Source of the DNA: Trueperaceae bacterium
GTDB lineage: Bacteria; Deinococcota; Deinococci; Deinococcales; Trueperaceae
NCBI GenBank assembly: GCA_965213925.1
Contig: OZ243927.1
Span: 608,001 to 672,000 of the forward strand
DNA length: 64,000 bases
Direction: 5' to 3'
Below, in pieces: positions 1 to 9,690 of the stretch. The notes under the pieces are model-generated. The model made no database searches. It was not told the DNA's origin and saw nothing but the letters and a program-made list of their open reading frames with translations. The position numbers and the translations under genes are program-made. Numbering within the stretch: position 1 is the first letter of the stretch; every line of letters begins with the position of its first letter.

Positions 1-266
1 GGGAGATAAGTATCAAGCATCATGCAGGCAAGTGGTCGGAGGTCGCGCCCTTCATGGACGAGGCGCGTTACGCTGAATTTAGTCAACGCTTGAACCTGCA
101 AGAACTCCTCATCCGCACCTCGCATACGCGCTTAGCGGGGCAGTTCAAGGTTGAGCATAAAGACCCTTTCGACCGCTTGCTCGCAGCGCAAGCGCTACTG
201 GAGGGCGTCACGCTCATAAGCAAGGATGAGGTATTCGAGCAGTTTCCTGTGGCTAGGGTATGGTGA
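1..266 (+). CDS. PIN-domain (VapC-like) toxin, 5' end outside the window
   Basis: The frame from nt 3 reads EISIKHHAGKW...HKDPFDRLLAAQALLEG..LISKD, matching typical VapC motifs (WEIxIK, HxDPFDR). Confidence 0.85.
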   Translation, partial: EISIKHHAGKWSEVAPFMDEARYAEFSQRLNLQELLIRTSHTRLAGQFKVEHKDPFDRLLAAQALLEGVTLISKDEVFEQFPVARVW

Positions 267-280
267 GGCTTAGTACTGAA

Positions 281-1420
281 TTAAACCGAAACTTTTGAAC
301 GAAACGCATGAATCCGCCCCGAGCGCTCCCGTAAGAAGCCGCCCGCATACCCATTTCGCACCGCCAAAATCTCGCTCATGATGCTGTGCGCAATCTCGGC
401 GGGCGTCTCTGCGCCGATGTCTAAGCCGACGGGGTTATGAACTCTGTCCTGCTGTGTTTTTTCTTGTGCTTCATCCGGCTCGAGTCCCTCTTCCGACAAC
501 GCTTCGACCATCTCTTCAAACCTCGAGCGCGGTCCCAACACGCCGATATAGGGCGCGTCAGATTTCAGCGCAAACGCGAGGCTCCCCTTGTCCCGCTCCA
601 AGTGATGGTTCATCACCACAATGAAGCTGCGCGGCGTAATTTTCACGCGCTCCTCGAACCGTGAGGGGTGCGAAATGACCAGCTTGTTGACGTTGGGGAA
701 GCGCTCTTCGGTTGTAAACGCAGGACGGGCGTCCACGACGGTTACATTGAAGCCGAGGCTATGCGCTTGTGCCGCGAGCGGCATCGCGTCGTGTCCTGCA
801 CCGAAAATAACAAGCTCGGGCGGCGGTAGGCTCACGTCGATAAAGACCTCGACTTCGCCGTTCTCGAGTTCGAAACGGCGCATCTCGGAACGTTGGGCTA
901 GAGAGGTGAGTTTTCGCTGCGCGACCTCTTGCACCTCTTCCCTAAGGCGTTCGTCGTTCAAGTCGCCGACGGTTTCGCTCTCTGAAATAAACATGCGAGA
1001 GGTTGTAGGAACCTTGTCAATCGACGAGGTCATCACCGTTGCTAAAACGCTGCCTTGCTGCGCTTTAACTGCCTCTTGCCACGCGGTGAAGGCGGGGGTG
1101 CTTTGGCTGGGCTCGAGGTAGACCTCGACCGCCCCGCCACAGCCGAGCCCGAGTCCCCACAAGACCTCTTCGCTCAGGTCGAAAAAGTGCGTCTGCGGCG
1201 TTCCGTTCGCCATGACCTCTTTCGCGATTTCGCCGATTTCTGCCTCTAAGCAGCCGCCTGAAATCATGCAGACTTGCTCGCCCGCGCTGTCTACGAGCAT
1301 CTTCGTGCCTTCGCGCCGATACGCCGAGCCCACCACGCGCACGACGGTGGCGATGACGGCGTCCTTGCCCGCTGCCTTTGCCGCTTGAATTGCCTCTAAA
1401 AGTTTGTCTTCTTCGCGCAT
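281..1420 (-). CDS. XdhC/CoxF/CoxI-family molybdoenzyme maturation factor
   Basis: Motifs GSAYRREG, ISGGCLE, LGLGCGG, GAGHD and PVGLDIGAETPAEIA; last gene of the cox cluster. Confidence 0.9.
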   Translation of the reverse strand: MREEDKLLEAIQAAKAAGKDAVIATVVRVVGSAYRREGTKMLVDSAGEQVCMISGGCLEAEIGEIAKEVMANGTPQTHFFDLSEEVLWGLGLGCGGAVEVYLEPSQSTPAFTAWQEAVKAQQGSVLATVMTSSIDKVPTTSRMFISESETVGDLNDERLREEVQEVAQRKLTSLAQRSEMRRFELENGEVEVFIDVSLPPPELVIFGAGHDAMPLAAQAHSLGFNVTVVDARPAFTTEERFPNVNKLVISHPSRFEERVKITPRSFIVVMNHHLERDKGSLAFALKSDAPYIGVLGPRSRFEEMVEALSEEGLEPDEAQEKTQQDRVHNPVGLDIGAETPAEIAHSIMSEILAVRNGYAGGFLRERSGRIHAFRSKVSV

Positions 1421-1460
1421 GTTTCTACTGCCTACTTTCGTACCTGTTCATTTTCCGCAC

Positions 1461-2666
1461 TCATTTTCTCAGGTGAATCTCGTCCGCCAACGCTCGAAAT
1501 GAAGCTGCGTCTCGTGCGTTCGTTAAGGTGTCCACATAGGGTAACGCGGTGAGCATACCACGCGCGGTCGGTGTATAACCTTTTGTCTCGAGCAGTGGAT
1601 TAAGCCACACCACCCCCGCCGAGCGGCGGTGCAGCTCGCGCATGGCGCGTTCTAGGGGCGTTTGGTCGTCCGTTGTATCGAGTCCGTCGCTGGCGATGAT
1701 AACGAGTGTGTCTTTTGTAAGTCTCGCGCTGTGCCGCCGCGCAAACGTCTCCAAACTTTCGCCCAAGCGCGTACCGCCACCCCAAGCTTCGCCTAAGTCT
1801 TGTAATGAATTTCCTTGCCTGAGTGCCTGTCTAAGTTCCGCGCTGATACGGCGTAACTGGGTGGAGAAGACGAAGGCTTCAACCCTCGAGGCGCGTCTCG
1901 TCAACGCCTGCGCAAACTGCAGCAGCACGCCGCTATGCGCCGCCATCGAGCGGCTTCCGTCCAAGAGGAGCACGAAGCGCGGTTTGCGCGGCGGGTGGGT
2001 GAGCCAGAGGGGTATCACGGCTTCGCCGCCCGTTTGCAAAGAGTGACGGAGCGTGCGCCGCACGTCGAAACGTTGACCATGCTTTGAACTGCGCCAGCGG
2101 CGGCTCTTGCCGAGGCGCAGGCGCGTGGCGAGGTGTTTGGCGGCGGCAAGCATTTTGTCCATGTCCTCTTGAGGTAGCGTCATAGGGCGTTCAGCTTGCG
2201 CGGCGGCGTAGCTGAACCAAGCGCGGAGCAGCGGGTTATGACCTCTTTCGCCTTCGCTTTCACCCACTTGAAGCTCCGCGGAGGTGGCGTCGCGCTCCCT
2301 CTCCACTTCACGTTCTGATAATTCATCCTCTCGCGCTTCGCTGTCCTTGTCCACCTCTTCGTGGGGCTCGGCGTCCCGCGTGCTCCCTTTCGCCTCCAAC
2401 CTCTTGTCCAAAAAGAAGGCGTAAAAGAGCGTGTCGAACTGCGCGGCGTCCTCCAACCGGGTGCAGAGCACGAGCTTGAGGGCGGTGCGAAACTTCGTCC
2501 GGTCCGCGACGCCGACAGTTTCCGTCGCACGGAGAGCGTCGCTGACCTCTTGCGGACCGATGGTGAAGCCTTTAGCGCGGAGGCGTTCGCAGAAAGCTGA
2601 GAGGTTGCGTGGCAAATCGCCGTGCGGGAATTTTTGAAGGAAAGGATGGGGTAGAGGCTGGCTCAT
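1461..2666 (-). CDS. coxE: CoxE vWA-domain protein
   Basis: DGSRSM MIDAS motif, WGGGTRLG, SDGLD and VVWLNPL; follows a MoxR AAA gene. Confidence 0.9.
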   Translation of the reverse strand: MSQPLPHPFLQKFPHGDLPRNLSAFCERLRAKGFTIGPQEVSDALRATETVGVADRTKFRTALKLVLCTRLEDAAQFDTLFYAFFLDKRLEAKGSTRDAEPHEEVDKDSEAREDELSEREVERERDATSAELQVGESEGERGHNPLLRAWFSYAAAQAERPMTLPQEDMDKMLAAAKHLATRLRLGKSRRWRSSKHGQRFDVRRTLRHSLQTGGEAVIPLWLTHPPRKPRFVLLLDGSRSMAAHSGVLLQFAQALTRRASRVEAFVFSTQLRRISAELRQALRQGNSLQDLGEAWGGGTRLGESLETFARRHSARLTKDTLVIIASDGLDTTDDQTPLERAMRELHRRSAGVVWLNPLLETKGYTPTARGMLTALPYVDTLTNARDAASFRALADEIHLRK

Positions 2667-2672
2667 AAGGAT

Positions 2673-3557
2673 TTAGGTACGCTCGAGCACCCGCTCCAAC
2701 TCCCCCTTACGCGCCTCGACGGTCTCCCAATCCTCGAAATCCTTGACGATGCAGCCCAAGGTTTTCTCGAGAACGTGTGGCGCCAATTTTTCATGGTGGA
2801 GCGACATCAACGCCGTGCCCCAATCCAGGCTCTCCGCTACGCCGGGAAGTTTATTGAGAGGAAGCCCGCGCAAATACGTCATCACGCGCCCGATTTGCTC
2901 CGCTAGACGCTCGTCAATACCGGGCAGCCTTGCGCGCAAAATCTGCACCTCTTTATCGAAACTTGGATAGGGCTGCCAGAGGTACAAGCAGCGCCGCCTA
3001 AGCGCATCGGAGAGGTCGCGGATGCGGTTGGAGGTGAGAATCACGAAGGGTTTGTGCTGCGCCTTGATGGTGCCGAGTTCGGGGATGGTGACTTGGAATT
3101 CGCCTAGCAGCTCCAACAAAAACGCCTCAAACTCTTCGTCGGCGCGGTCGATTTCGTCAATTAAAAGGACGGGGGATTGTTCAGGTTCAGAAATCGCCTC
3201 GAGAAGAGGTCGGCGCAAGAGAAAATTAGGACCGAAGATTTCGGCTTCGCGCTGTTTGACGCTCGCGCCCTCATTCTCCGTCAACCGGATGTGGAGCATC
3301 TGCTTGGGGTAGTTCCACTCGTATAAAGAGGTCGCCGCGTCTAGTCCCTCGTAACACTGCAAGCGGATGAGTTTCGTATGGAGCATCTCCGCTAAGACTT
3401 TCGCGCTCTCCGTTTTACCGACGCCCGCCGGACCTTCCACGAGAAGGGGTTTGTGCATCGCCGTGACGAGTTCTAAGGCAGTTGCTAAAGCGTCATCTGC
3501 GAGATAACCTTTTGTCTCTAAACGACTCTGGATCGTCTCGGCAGTTAAGTCCGTCAT
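2673..3557 (-). CDS. coxD: CoxD MoxR-family AAA+ ATPase
   Basis: GPAGVGKT, RLQCYEGLD, LLIDEIDRAD and LSDALRRRC. Confidence 0.92.
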   Translation of the reverse strand: MTDLTAETIQSRLETKGYLADDALATALELVTAMHKPLLVEGPAGVGKTESAKVLAEMLHTKLIRLQCYEGLDAATSLYEWNYPKQMLHIRLTENEGASVKQREAEIFGPNFLLRRPLLEAISEPEQSPVLLIDEIDRADEEFEAFLLELLGEFQVTIPELGTIKAQHKPFVILTSNRIRDLSDALRRRCLYLWQPYPSFDKEVQILRARLPGIDERLAEQIGRVMTYLRGLPLNKLPGVAESLDWGTALMSLHHEKLAPHVLEKTLGCIVKDFEDWETVEARKGELERVLERT

Positions 3558-4558
3558 GCTGCTTGTAAGTACCGCTCGGGGTCGTGGTCGAAGCGGCGTT
3601 TGCAGTTCGGGCAGCAGAAGTAGTAGGTTGCGCCGTCTAACTCACTTGTATGACGCGCGTGCGCCATATCGACGCTCATACCGCAGACGGGATCAACAGC
3701 CTCTTCGGTTGTTTTCGTTGGTCCCATTTTCGACGCGTTGACCTCTTGCTGTTTCGCGGTCTGATAAACTTGCACCATTTCCGCAAAGATCGAAAGTGCG
3801 ACTTCGGCGGGGCTTTTGGCGTTGATGTCGAGCCCAGCGGGGCTACTGACGCGCCCAAAGTCGCTCACGCCCATCGTATCCAGCACGTCCTTAACAGTAG
3901 CGGCGCGTTTGCGACTGGCGACTAAAGCGAGGTAGTGAGGCTGCGCGGGGATAAGGTGTGCCAACGCTTCCTCATCGTAATGACCCATCGAGGCGACGAC
4001 GGCAGCGAGTTTACCTCTTTGCGTGCTCGAGAGTGACCCCAACCAGTGTTCCAAATGCCGCACCTCAAAGAGCTTGACCATCGCCGTGCCCAAGTCCATC
4101 TCCACGGCGGAGCGTTCCCCTTTGTCGTAGGCGAGTGTGACCTCATAACCCAAGAAGTCGCCCTGCTTGGCGAGGGCAATCGCGATGGGCGACGTACCGA
4201 CAACTAAAAGGCGCTTCTTTTCCAGGTGAGGTTCTAAATACACGTCCACCGCCCCTTCGCTCGAGCACGACATCGGCACCCATACCTCGTCGCGTCCGGC
4301 GGCTTCATCCTTCGCTGGAAGAGGGTCGGGGGTGATGCGCACTAGGCGGGGTTGCTCGAGTTTGAGTGCCGAGAGCGCCTGCTTGCGGATGATGTCGCGC
4401 GAGCACGCGCCGCCGATGAAGCCCTCCATGTGACCGTTCTCTAAGATGACGGCTTTATCGCCTAAGTGTGAAGAGACGGGGGGTTGTCTCGAGACCACCG
4501 TCGCCAATACAAAGCGTTGCTCCTCGTTTTTCAGTTCTAAAATGCGTTCTAAATCCAT
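3554..4558 (-). CDS. coxF: CoxF/XdhC-family protein with C-terminal YHS domain
   Basis: FIGGACS, MSCSSEG and PAGLDI, with C-terminal VDPVCGM...YYFCCPNC. Confidence 0.85.
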   Translation of the reverse strand: MDLERILELKNEEQRFVLATVVSRQPPVSSHLGDKAVILENGHMEGFIGGACSRDIIRKQALSALKLEQPRLVRITPDPLPAKDEAAGRDEVWVPMSCSSEGAVDVYLEPHLEKKRLLVVGTSPIAIALAKQGDFLGYEVTLAYDKGERSAVEMDLGTAMVKLFEVRHLEHWLGSLSSTQRGKLAAVVASMGHYDEEALAHLIPAQPHYLALVASRKRAATVKDVLDTMGVSDFGRVSSPAGLDINAKSPAEVALSIFAEMVQVYQTAKQQEVNASKMGPTKTTEEAVDPVCGMSVDMAHARHTSELDGATYYFCCPNCKRRFDHDPERYLQAA

Positions 4559-4606
4559 TATCCCTCGTCAATTTGGCAGGTCGAAGTCCCATTGCTCCAG
4601 TGTGTT

Positions 4607-4635
4607 GTAGGGGCGGGTTTGGAACCCGCCCCTAC
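4607..4635. repeat. GTAG-type REP palindrome
   Basis: GTAGGGGCGGGTTTGGAACCCGCCCCTAC. Confidence 0.85.
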
Positions 4636-4670
4636 GCCGCGCAAACGGAATGGGTGATGGAGCGAGCGGC

Positions 4671-4698
4671 GTAGGGGCGATTCATGAATCGCCCCTAC
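4671..4698. repeat. GTAG-type REP palindrome
   Basis: Perfect 28-bp palindrome GTAGGGGCGATTCATGAATCGCCCCTAC; related copies at 28811 and 57446. Confidence 0.9.
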
Positions 4699-4737
4699 AT
4701 CAGCGCCGTCTAAACGTCCAGCCGAAACAGCGCCGCC

Positions 4738-7092
4738 CTATCCCCGAACGCCCGCGTCCCTAAGTGCCTTCCACACCTTTTCACGCTTTAGGGGCATGTC
4801 GAGGTGACGCACGCCGAGCGGTGAAAGCGCGTCCACGACAGCGTTTACGAACGCCGCAGGCGAGCCCACGTTGGGCGACTCGCCCACGCCCTTCGCGCCA
4901 ATAGGGTGGTGCGGTGACGGGGTGACGGTGTTGTCCGTCTCCCAACTAGGCGTCTCATACGAGGTCGGCAAGAGGTAGTCCAAGAAGTTCGTGTTCTGGT
5001 TGTGTCCGTCCTCGTCGTAGGTGATTTCTTGCATAAAGGCGATCGCGAAGCCCTCAGTCAGCCCCCCGTGAATCTGCCCCTCGACGATCATCGGGTTAAT
5101 CACCGTGCCGCAGTCATCCACCGCCAAGAAGCGGCGCACTTTGACCTCGCCCGTCGCTTTGTCCACGTCTACGACGCAGATATACGCGCCGTGCGGGAAG
5201 GTCATGTTGGGCGGGTCGTAGTAGTAAGTGGCTTCTAAGCCGGGCTCTAAACCTTCGGGCGGATTCGTGTAGGCGGCGAACGCCACCTCTTGCATCGTGA
5301 CGCTCTTTTCGGGTACGCCCTTCACCTGAAACTTGTAATCCTCCCACTCGACATCCTGCTCGCCCGCTTCCAAAAGGTGCGCCGCGATCTTCTTCGCCTT
5401 CTCGCGGATGCGCCGCGCCCCGAGTGCGAGTGCGCCCCCGGCGACGGGCGTGCTGCGGCTGGCGTACGTGCCGAGCCCATAGGGAGCCGTATCCGTGTCG
5501 CCCTCTTCGACGGTGATGTTGGCGATGTCCAAGCCGAGTTCTTCCGCTACAATCTGCGCCCAGGTCGTCTCGTGTCCTTGCCCCTGCGACTTCGTGCCCG
5601 CGCGGACGATGGCGCTACCCGTCGGGTGGATGCGGATTTCAGAGGAGTCGAACATCTTGATGCCCAAGATGTCGAACTGCTTACCGGGTCCTGCACCGAC
5701 GATCTCTGTAAAGGTCGAGATGCCAATGCCCATGTACTCGCCGCGCTCGCGCTTTTCGGCTTGCTCTTTTAAGAGGTCTTGGTAGCCGATGCCGTCCAAT
5801 GCCTTTTGAAAGGTCGTGTGGTAGTCGCCACTGTCGTAGGTCCAATTGAGCGCGGACGGGTACGGGAACTGCTCTTTTTTGATGAAGTTTTTGAAACGGA
5901 GGTCGGCGGCGTCCATCTCCAGTTCATCAGCGAGCACGTCCATCGTCCGCTCGATGAGGTACGCCGCTTCGGTCACGCGGAACGAGCAGCGGTAGGCGAT
6001 GCCGCCGGGCGTCTTGTTGGTGTAGTAGGCGTCCACCTGGGCGTAAGCAACCGGGAAGTCGTACGAGCCCGTGCAGACACCGAAGAGCCCCGCAGGAAAC
6101 TTCGAAGGGTCCGCCGCCGCGTCGAACGCACCGTGATCTGCGATGGTCGAGACTTTGAGCGCGGTGACTTTGCCCTCTTTGGTCGCGCCGATTTTGGCTT
6201 CCATGTGGTAGTCACGGGCGAACGCCGAGGTCGTGAGGTTCTCCGTGCGTGTCTCCACCCACTTCACGGGCACGCCGAGCGTCAAGGAGGCGACGATGGC
6301 GCACACGTAACCGGGATACACAGGCACTTTGTTGCCAAAGCCGCCGCCGATGTCGGGCGAGACCACGCGGATGTTGTTCTCGGGGATGCCCGATACGAGC
6401 GAGAAGACCGTGCGGTGCGCGTGCGGCGCTTGCGAGGTCATGTAGAAGGTCAACTTGTTCGTCGCGGGGTTCATATCGGCGACGCAGCCGCAGGGCTCGA
6501 TAGGTGCGGGGTGGCAACGCTGGTAGGTCATCTTCTGGGTGACGACGACTTCGGACTCGGCGAGCGCCCTATCCGTGCCGTCTTCGTCACCAACATTCCA
6601 GGTGAAGATGTGGTTGTTGCGTTGCTCGCGGTCATCGCGCAGGACGGGGGCGTCGGGCTCAGCAGCTTGGTACGGGTCCACCACGACGGGCAGCGGCTCA
6701 TACGTAACTTCGACAGCGGCTGCGCCGTCGGCAGCCGCTTCGCGCGTTTCGGCGACGACGGCGGCAACCTCTTGGTAGTGGTACATCACCTTGCCGATGC
6801 CCAAGACCATCTGCTTGTCGCCTGCGAGGGTCGGAATCCAGGAAAGCCCGGCGGCATCTAAGTCTTCACCTGTAATGACCGCCTTGACGCCCGGCACTTC
6901 CAGCGCTTTAGTCGTGTCGATGCTGACGATTTTGGCGTGAGCGTGCGGGCTGTGGACTAAGGACATGTAGAGCATTCCAGGGAGGACGTGGTCGTCTAAG
7001 TAGTTGCCTCTACCCTGAATGAAGCGCGGGTCTTCTTTGCGTTTGACGCTCTGACCCACCGAACGGCATTTTTTAGTTGCAGTAACGCTCAT
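4738..7092 (-). CDS. coxL: Aerobic Mo-Cu carbon monoxide dehydrogenase large subunit, form I
   Basis: Active-site motif AYRCSFR, plus DIGGGFGNK and GAKGVGE; gene order M-S-L. Confidence 0.95.
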   Translation of the reverse strand: MSVTATKKCRSVGQSVKRKEDPRFIQGRGNYLDDHVLPGMLYMSLVHSPHAHAKIVSIDTTKALEVPGVKAVITGEDLDAAGLSWIPTLAGDKQMVLGIGKVMYHYQEVAAVVAETREAAADGAAAVEVTYEPLPVVVDPYQAAEPDAPVLRDDREQRNNHIFTWNVGDEDGTDRALAESEVVVTQKMTYQRCHPAPIEPCGCVADMNPATNKLTFYMTSQAPHAHRTVFSLVSGIPENNIRVVSPDIGGGFGNKVPVYPGYVCAIVASLTLGVPVKWVETRTENLTTSAFARDYHMEAKIGATKEGKVTALKVSTIADHGAFDAAADPSKFPAGLFGVCTGSYDFPVAYAQVDAYYTNKTPGGIAYRCSFRVTEAAYLIERTMDVLADELEMDAADLRFKNFIKKEQFPYPSALNWTYDSGDYHTTFQKALDGIGYQDLLKEQAEKRERGEYMGIGISTFTEIVGAGPGKQFDILGIKMFDSSEIRIHPTGSAIVRAGTKSQGQGHETTWAQIVAEELGLDIANITVEEGDTDTAPYGLGTYASRSTPVAGGALALGARRIREKAKKIAAHLLEAGEQDVEWEDYKFQVKGVPEKSVTMQEVAFAAYTNPPEGLEPGLEATYYYDPPNMTFPHGAYICVVDVDKATGEVKVRRFLAVDDCGTVINPMIVEGQIHGGLTEGFAIAFMQEITYDEDGHNQNTNFLDYLLPTSYETPSWETDNTVTPSPHHPIGAKGVGESPNVGSPAAFVNAVVDALSPLGVRHLDMPLKREKVWKALRDAGVRG

Positions 7093-7099
7093 GTGTCTC

Positions 7100-7597
7100 C
7101 TAATCCGCTGCCTGGGCAGGCTCTGAGAGGGCCTCGGCGGCTTGCTTCACAGCTTTAACGATGTTGTTGTAGCCGGTGCAGCGGCACAAGTTGCCCGATA
7201 TCGCGAAGCGAATCTCCTCTTCGCTCGGGGTCGGGTTGTCCTGCAACAGCGCGTGCGAGGTCAGGATCATGCCGGGGGTGCAGTAGCCGCACTGGAGCCC
7301 GTGCTGGTCCCAGAAGGCTTGCTGCAAGGGGTGGAGGTTCGCGCCGCCGCCCATGCCCTCGATGGTGGTGACGTCTGCGCCTTCGGCTTGTACCGCGAAC
7401 ATGGTGCAGGACTTGACGGGGACGCCGTCTACCAAGACCGTGCACGCGCCGCAACTCGTCGAGTCGCAGCCGACGTGCGTGCCGGTGAGACCCGCGTCGC
7501 GGATGGCGTAGGCTAAGAGGGTGCGGGGTTCGACGTCTAGCGCAACCTGTTTTCCGTTGACGTTGACTTCGACGGTTTGCTTTTTAACTTCACTCAC
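7100..7597 (-). CDS. coxS: CODH small subunit (two 2Fe-2S clusters)
   Basis: [19 protein letters not shown] and NLCRCTGY. Confidence 0.95.
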   Translation of the reverse strand: MSEVKKQTVEVNVNGKQVALDVEPRTLLAYAIRDAGLTGTHVGCDSTSCGACTVLVDGVPVKSCTMFAVQAEGADVTTIEGMGGGANLHPLQQAFWDQHGLQCGYCTPGMILTSHALLQDNPTPSEEEIRFAISGNLCRCTGYNNIVKAVKQAAEALSEPAQAAD

Positions 7598-8469
7598 GCT
7601 ACTTCGACTCCTAAACGTGCGGCGGCGCGGTATAGGCCCCTCGAGACCAACACCCGCACCATATCTCTCTTGTATTCGGCTGAGCCCCGCGTGTCGCTCT
7701 TGGGCTCCGCCACCTTCATCGCCGCTTCGGAGGCGGCTTCAATCGACTCTTCCGTGAGGTAGTAGCCGCGCAAAATCTCTTCGGCTTCCTCCGCCCGGCG
7801 CGGCTCCGGCGCGACCGCCGCCATGCTGATGCCGACTTCACGAATAGAGTTATTCTCACCCAAGGTCACTTGAACGGCAGCGGACGCCGTCGCCCAGTCG
7901 CCGATTTTGCGCTTGACCTTTTCGTATGCGCCTGCCGTATAACGGTCTAACGTAGGAAAGCGCACTTCGGTCAGCATTTCGCCCTCTTGCAACGAGGTTT
8001 GGTAGTGTCCGGTCAAGAAGTCGTCGATATCCTGCGTGCGCGTACCGTTTTGCCCGCGAATGACAACTTCCGCCCTCGACGCTAGCGCCGCTGACCCCCA
8101 GTCGCCCGAGGGGTCGTTATACGCGAGGCTGCCCGCGACGGTGCCGCGTCTACGGACGATAGGGTCCGCGACGGTGCGCGACACGTCCGCGAGCAGGTGA
8201 TACCTCTCGTTGATGAGCCCGGACGACTCCACATCCGAGCTGCGCGTGAGCGCGCCTAAACTGAGCGTTCCATTTTCGTTAAGGTAGCCCAAACCCTCAA
8301 TTTTGTTGATATCGACTAAAACGCCCGGCTGTATCAAGCGGTAGCGCATGTCTGGGATGAGGCTCTGACCGCCCGCTAACAGTTTGGCGTCCGCGCCGTG
8401 CTGGGCTAAGAGGTCTAAAGCCTCTTCAACCGACATCGCGCGGTGATACTCGAAGCTTGCTGGAAACAT
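7594..8469 (-). CDS. coxM: CODH medium (FAD) subunit
   Basis: [10 protein letters not shown] start at 8469 preferred over the ORF-track start at 8511; [16 protein letters not shown] and DTRGSAEYK. Confidence 0.93.
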   Translation of the reverse strand: MFPASFEYHRAMSVEEALDLLAQHGADAKLLAGGQSLIPDMRYRLIQPGVLVDINKIEGLGYLNENGTLSLGALTRSSDVESSGLINERYHLLADVSRTVADPIVRRRGTVAGSLAYNDPSGDWGSAALASRAEVVIRGQNGTRTQDIDDFLTGHYQTSLQEGEMLTEVRFPTLDRYTAGAYEKVKRKIGDWATASAAVQVTLGENNSIREVGISMAAVAPEPRRAEEAEEILRGYYLTEESIEAASEAAMKVAEPKSDTRGSAEYKRDMVRVLVSRGLYRAAARLGVEVA

Positions 8470-8576
8470 GGTTGAACCTGTTATCGTGACCACCCTCTTG
8501 AGAGCGCCCAAATGTGGGCGCTGGACCGTGTCAAGGTTTGATGCAGAGTCGTTCTGCTCCTTGCTATAAAATTCAC

Positions 8577-8632
8577 CTGTAAGAGCATAACAGAGAAAGA
8601 GGGTGTAAGTAAAAAAGACTGTGCTGTAAGAG
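8577..8632 (-). promoter_or_regulatory. Putative cox promoter with direct repeats
   Basis: Extended -10 TGtTATGCT (TATGCT at 8584-8589, minus strand). CTCTTACAG at 8577-8585 and 8624-8632, with a CTTACAC variant at about 8603-8609. Confidence 0.45.
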
Positions 8633-8684
8633 GGATTTTTTACATCTAATTAAGAAAAGATGAAGGTGCTCGGCACAGATTTGT

Positions 8685-8936
8685 AGGTGTCCCGTTTTGT
8701 GTTTAACTACACTGTCAATTAAGATTTGCGACACTGTTGTCACCCCGAGCTTGTCGAGGGGTCTCGCCTTCCAATCCCAACTAGTCGAGATTGGAAGACG
8801 AGATTCTTTCGCGGAGTCTATCCTATGCTCGCGTAGGGCTCAGAATGACATGACTCACTTTTTAGTTGACGGTGTACTGACTCGCGTCTTTTACGGACAT
8901 GATGTCGCTGTGCACGCGAAGCGTGGTACACCGCCT
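8685..8936. repeat. Family D hairpin element, interrupted by a family A MITE
   Basis: 8685-8702 is identical to 58663-58680 and 8922-8936 is identical to 58730-58744. Confidence 0.8.
8708..8876. mobile_element. Family A MITE-like element (copy A1)
   Basis: Outer TIR TACACTGTCAATTAA/TTAGTTGACGGTGTA (13/15); inner hairpin TGTCACCCCGAGC...GCTCAGAATGACA. Confidence 0.8.
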
Positions 8937-8945
8937 AAATTTTAG

Positions 8946-8970
8946 GAGGGCTCGAGTGACTCGAGCCCTC
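8946..8970. terminator. Hairpin downstream of otsB
   Basis: GAGGGCTCGAG-TGA-CTCGAGCCCTC, an 11-bp stem. Confidence 0.55.
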
Positions 8971-8991
8971 TCAATTCCCAAGAAGTTTGAT

Positions 8992-9690
8992 TCAGAGATA
9001 GCGTTTCAAATAAGCGACAACTGCGTCCACATCCGCCAAACGCTCTTGCGCTTTTGTCTCGCCTTGTCCGACTTTGACGCTCAGTCCTGCATCTAAATCC
9101 GCTAAAACCTCGAACGCTTCCTCATCGGTCGTATCGTCGCCGATGAAGATGGGTTCTTTGTCCGAATGCTCTTGGACCAGCCGCTCGACCGCCCGCCCCT
9201 TGCTGTACCCCTCAGGACGCAACTCCAAGACGTTCTTGCCCCACAAGCGGCTCAAATTTTCGGGTTGTTGTTGCGCCCAAGACTCGAGCCTCTCTCTACC
9301 CTCAGCCGAGACCTCTCTGTAGTGAAAGGCAATCGCTGACCCCTTATCCTCCACCTTCAACCCTTCAAGTTCAGGGAAGTCCTGCCGCACTTCGTCCAAC
9401 GTCTCTAAATCCTCTTGAGAAACCGCCGGCGCGACCTCTCCCCCCAGCACGCCCTCTTCCATCCCGTGCACGCCGATAACGCGCAGACCCTCGACGTGTA
9501 AGAGGCTGCTTAGGTCATCGGCGGCGCGTCCCGTGACGATGTAAACCGGATGCGCTTCGTTCAGCCTTGTGAGCAGGTCCGGCACCTCTTCGTGCGGATG
9601 CGCCTCATCTGGATTATCGACGACTTCTGCTAGCGTACCGTCGTAATCGAGCATCAGGAGTGGATTTTGAACGGTGGGAACATCGCTCAT
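8992..9690 (-). CDS. otsB: Trehalose-6-phosphate phosphatase
   Basis: HAD motifs LDYDGTL and GDDTTDE; overlaps the otsA stop. Confidence 0.93.
   Translation of the reverse strand: MSDVPTVQNPLLMLDYDGTLAEVVDNPDEAHPHEEVPDLLTRLNEAHPVYIVTGRAADDLSSLLHVEGLRVIGVHGMEEGVLGGEVAPAVSQEDLETLDEVRQDFPELEGLKVEDKGSAIAFHYREVSAEGRERLESWAQQQPENLSRLWGKNVLELRPEGYSKGRAVERLVQEHSDKEPIFIGDDTTDEEAFEVLADLDAGLSVKVGQGETKAQERLADVDAVVAYLKRYL

Noticed and set aside
5779..6861. 360-aa ORF antisense to coxL, and similar ones at 42812-43774, 27101-27703 and 59867-60604
   Set aside because: These are shadow ORFs of GC-rich genes with no recognisable motifs.
4738..7092. Form II CODH or xanthine dehydrogenase
   Set aside because: The motif is AYRCSFR, not AYRGAGR, and the gene order is M-S-L.
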